Positions 59,663 to 64,000 of a DNA stretch of 64,000 nucleotides are shown here, piece after piece. A model generated the notes under the pieces. That model was not told the DNA's origin, ran no database searches, and saw only the letters and a program-made list of their open reading frames with translations. Location: positions 602,156 through 666,155 of the forward strand of contig CAJFCJ010000013.1 of NCBI GenBank assembly GCA_904063045.1, given 5' to 3'. The stretch's first letter is position 1. The number at the start of each line of letters is the position of its first letter. The stretch is from Dimorphilus gyrociliatus. Taxonomy: Eukaryota > Animalia > Annelida. Both the position numbers and the translations under genes were made by a program.

Positions 59663-62283
59663 ATGTCGCAACAAACAACTTCTAGTGCTGGTAAATATGT
59701 TTTAATTTTTCCAATTATGTTTAAATGCAATGTATATAATAGGTATTTTGAATTTTTCTTTAAATCGTATAGTCTATGAAGTTAAATCCTTATTTTTTAT
59801 TAGCATTGGCAGTCAGCTGCCCAGTAATATTTCCTGATTGCAGTGATTTTGCATTTCCTATGCTATTTCGTGCTACCTTTAAAGCTTTATATTGTGTGTT
59901 TTTTTCAACAGATTTACAATATCTTCATCAACTTATTGTTGAAGATGAACTGGAAAAGTTATCGGAATTTCTGGAAACCTTGTCGAGCCTTAATATTATG
60001 TTCGACGAGGGATGCGAAACGGCTGCACACGTTGGCATGTCACCCCTGGGACTAGCGGCTGCTCTAAATAAAATCCAGATTGTTCAAATTTTACTTGATT
60101 ACGGGGCTGAGTACGATTTCCCATTCGCTCAACTCAAGACTACCGCCTTAATGACAGCAGCCTATCATGGTTACACCGACATAGTGAGAACTTTTTTAAG
60201 AGCTGGTAGTAATATTCACGCAGTTGATTTACAAGATAGCTCGGCTTTGGGGTATGCCTTGGGTGGATCTAGAAATTTCGAAGTTATACAAATGCTAATT
60301 AGAGAGGGTATTGATATTAATCAAAAAAATATGTTAGGGATGAACGCTCTATTACTAGTTTCTGGCTATGGAGATCCAACTCTCGTACAAATTTTACTCG
60401 ACTCTGGAGCAACTCCTGACGTAACCAACGACTTTGGACATTCCGCCTTACATCTTGCAGTAGCCGGTAAAAGAGATCAACTAAAGAAAGCGATGGTCTC
60501 TCATGGTGCGGATCACGTACAATTGGACGCCGCCTTTACGAAACGTAATCTAGATACCCTAATGGTTCAATGGGCTCGTTCAAATACTGAAAATCTAATA
60601 CGCGAAGAGAGCATTCACGGAAATGTCGATTTAATTGTGGAAGCGGCGAAATTGATTAGTGCTATTGGTGAACATGTCGATGATAATACACCGGCGGAAA
60701 ATGATCAACTAATGCTTCAGCGTCGTTTAGCGGCCGCCTGGAAATATAGGCAACAATTGTTAGAGGAAGCCAGGGAGAATTCAAAGTCGACGTCTATTGG
60801 AGCAATTTTAGCTTGTGGGGTCAGCAGAAATAAGAATAGTAATAAATCGTCCAAGTCAGCTCCGTTGGAACCTCCCGGTAACGCTGTACCTTTTGAAATG
60901 GAAAGTGAGGTTGTCGTTCATATAAATGATGCTTACGCCTCAATAGTTCGTCTATTGTTGGACGCCGGATGCCCGATAGACGGTATGGAAGAGACATTTG
61001 GCATGACTGCTCTAGATATGGCTGTTCTGCACGGCGATATACAAAGCGCAACACAGCTTACTGCTTCGGGAGCACAGCCATTGCATTTGGTTAGATCGTT
61101 AGCTTTAAATGATTTGTACTGTGTTCTCCAATCGCCATCGCCAAAGAAAGATGTAAAGCATTTACTATGTCATGACACTCATTTAGATATTAATATGCTC
61201 TTGACCAAGTTAAATGTTTCGTCGAAAACTGATAAACTAGATACGAGCTTTGCTTCCAGCATTCCTCCTGATAATACTGAAGCTGATGATGAAGGATTGA
61301 CAATTATCGCCGTGGCGGCGAGAAAAGGCTTTTTGGATGTGGTTCGCCTCTTTGTAAAATATGGCGCACGACTAGATATAGGTGCTAGAACGCCACTAGT
61401 TGAAGCTGTAATCGGAGGTCAGAAAAAGGTAGTCGAATACCTTTTGGATATTGGTGCCAATGTGGAACAAAGGACGGTCGCCTTAGAAGATGCTACTCCG
61501 TTGGCAGTAGCCGTTATGTATTTAAGACCGGTCATTGCTCAAACTTTAGTGAAGCATGGTGCAAAAGTAGACGCCGTTTTTGCGCAAGGAATGACACCGT
61601 TGTTGAAGGCATTTTCACTTAAAAATTCGAATGTTCTGGCCGTTCTAATGAAAGCTGATTTGAACAAATGTTTTCTGGATAAAAATGGCTGGGATGCGAG
61701 AATTGCGCAAATGTATCAGTCTAAGTATCGTGATACCGCTAACATAATGAGCATGGGGGCACAAGCTGTGGCTGATTTTGAGGCCAGAGCTGGTATATCT
61801 TGTTCACCGCCTCGAGGCCCATATGTTCAAATGGGCGACCAACTCTCAACATTCAGTCCAGAACGCGAGACACCAATTGGGGTAACTAGCCCAGCTAATC
61901 AGGAAAGTTCATTCGTTGCTAGTGTTATGCACGAGGTGAATTCCATCGATCGAATGAACATCTCCGAACGAATAAAGAGAGTAAATGGATCTGGAGAACA
62001 ACAAGACAAAAGCAGTACGGGTAAAGAGGACACAACACCCACCAACTCTTCTCCACCAAGAAACTCGCAAACTTCTCAGAGTAATGAATCAACACCGACA
62101 AGACCGGTTCCAAGACCAAGGCCAAGACCAACTCCAGTTCCAGCTCCGAGATCTACCCCATCGTCGAGTTCGTCGGAATTGAACAAGAGTGACGAAACAA
62201 AGAATAGGCCACCGTCGATTGACAAGAACAAGAATTTTCTAGCGGAAAAAAAGCTAAACAAAAGTCATGAAACTACTTTATAA
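59663..62283 (+). CDS. Ankyrin-repeat protein with Pro/Ser-rich C-terminal tail
   Basis: Probable exon 1 at 59663-59690 (MSQQTTSSA) splices to 59912-62283. Many ANK repeats (GMSPLGLAA, TTALMTAAYHG, GHSALHLAV, GMTALDMAV, ARTPLVEAV, GMTPLLKAF); tail RPVPRPRPRPTPVPAPR. Confidence 0.9.
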
Positions 62284-62591
62284 TAATAATATTGATAATT
62301 AAAAAAAAAAAACAGAAAAAGAATAGAAAAAAAAATTATAAAATAAAGTACGTTTCTCTTTTTTTTATTTTTTATTTCCTTTCTTTTGTCGCATGCTATT
62401 TCATTGTTGCTTTTTACTGTTTTTTTTTGTGAATATTTCGCGTCTTAAGTGTATATACACTATGTATATATATATTTCCTATTTTTCTCTCAAATAATGT
62501 TTCTTTACGACTATAAAAGATGCGAATTAAATCAAAAAAAACATAAAAACAAAAAATTATAATAACGTTTATTTGAGGTATTTATTTGTCC

Positions 62592-63857
62592 TTATCTTCC
62601 TCGAAACGACCTTTTACGAGGTAGTCTTTTCCAATTCTCATCATAATTAACAGCCAATAAACCTGCATATTATAAAAAAAAGACTCTTTTATAGATTCTA
62701 TATATATTTGTATTTGTTTGTTTGTTTGTTTGTTTGTTTGTTTTTTTTTGTAGAGTTTTATTTAAAAAATAATTACCTGAAAAAGGAGTAGTGATATACA
62801 ACCAAAGTTGCATATGTAGGGTATTTTTCGAACGGTTTCGTATAATGTAAAACCGGCATAGTTTGCGTAACGATGATAAATATAGAAGAATATTCCAACT
62901 CGAAATATTGCAAAGTTTGCAATTGTAAGTATACTAATGATCAAATACAGTTTAGTGTCTTTCTTACGAAGCTGTTAGGAGGTAGAAAAAAAAATATAGA
63001 CATATAAGGATTTCATTATATAAAATTATTAAAAGAGAAATTATTTTTAGAACCTTTTGTAAAATAGAGCGAAAGGCTATGAAAATCACCGGAACTTCAA
63101 ATAAGTAGAGACAGCCTACAAAGAAATCTCCTTTTCCATTTCTATACCACTACAAGTTTTACATCAATAATTTATAAGTCATGCTAAGAATAACTAGGGA
63201 AACGTATGTAAACAAATTGATTATGATAGGTATTACCAAAATAAATGGAAGGTATATTAGGGGGCAGATTAAATGATGTAGAGCCATCATTTTGTTCTTG
63301 AATAAGAATTTCTTTATTGCTTTTGATCGACTCAGAGTTTCATTTGATGGATCGGCGTACCAAAATGTTGAGTACATAGCGTAGATATCGTAATAGAAAT
63401 AGGGAAAGCAGAAAACTGCCCAGGACTGAGGTAGCCAATACCTGAGAAAGTGTATGATAACTCATGTATATACATCATTAAGAGTTATATAATTGTTAAT
63501 ACATGTTGTGATAAAATGGGTTAGTTACCTACGTGTCATTTATAATGTCTTGACTGATATTTTTCATAGTTAACAAACCAACGCAACAACTCATCAAAGC
63601 TTGCCAGGCGCCAACAAGCCTATAATAGAAAATCAGTTTACAAACTATTATGCTCTTACAATCTTCATTATCGCTCATTACCTTTCTGAAATTGAGCTGA
63701 CTTGAGCCTTGTTTAGACTTGAATACTTGGACAATGTTTGCGTAGAAAGAATATAGCAGGAGGAGAAAAAAAAAGCTCCACAAATCGGTTTTAAAAACTT
63801 ACTATACCATTCTAGTGATTCTTCATTGTTTATATTTTGCAAGCCGGACTGCGCCAT
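62592..63857 (-). CDS. TLCD3: TLC-domain protein, TLCD3/FAM57-like (not in the ORF track as a whole gene)
   Basis: Six spliced exons give MAQSG...RLVGAWQALMSCCVG...YWLPQSWAVFCFPYFYYDIYAMY...MMALHHL...WYRNGKGDFFVGCLYLFEVP...IFRVG...LLFQVYWLLIM...GR*. PYFYYD, LHH and GKGDFF are FAM57-type TLC motifs. Confidence 0.85.
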
Positions 63858-64000
63858 TTTACCATAGTAATTATGGCGACGCCAGGCGGAACAAGTTTTT
63901 CATCATTAACTTACAAGAAAATATTATCATCTATGCAAAACAATAGATTTTTACCAATATTCTAACAACTTTGCAGGGTATGGTAATAAAGATACTTGTC

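Noticed and set aside
59776-59911. Hydrophobic N-terminal extension of the ankyrin ORF (MKLNPYFLLALAV...)
   Set aside because: Better explained as intron sequence between exon 59663-59690 and the TTTTTCAACAG acceptor at 59911.
1-64000. tRNA, rRNA, CRISPR arrays, intact transposase or reverse transcriptase genes
   Set aside because: No T-loop/cloverleaf, rRNA-like block, repeat-spacer array or DDE/RT motif was seen; the window is eukaryotic genic DNA.

Overview
AT-rich, compact eukaryotic (invertebrate animal) DNA with short GT-AG introns of about 55-100 nt and many (AT)n/(CT)n microsatellites. The species cannot be determined from the sequence. Genes assembled by hand from splice signals and recognisable motifs: delta-catenin (+), SARM1 (-), SIRT3 (-), an orphan acidic gene (+), rogdi (+), an intronless signal-peptide-bearing carotenoid oxygenase nested antisense in rogdi intron 3, an intronless RING protein (-), RP2 (-), a CD151-like tetraspanin (+), a repeat-containing tail-anchored protein (+), a second orphan (+), a MAM/LDLa mosaic serine protease (-), TMEM8/PGAP6 (+), an ankyrin-repeat protein (+) and TLCD3/FAM57 (-). 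The most striking unannotated structure lies at 19.4-37.3 kb. Two HDV-like self-cleaving ribozyme folds (19410-19518 minus, 37195-37292 plus) show compensatory base changes and resemble the trypanosomatid ingi/L1Tc Pr77 signature. They face outward, have no recognisable retrotransposon ORF, and at least one appears to sit in a spliced non-coding transcript. Inside them a mosaic-identity inverted duplication (20872-23348 / 32407-34100) brackets the rogdi-BCO-RING-RP2 island. No tRNA, rRNA or CRISPR array was seen. All calls were made by eye; no database search or folding program was run.
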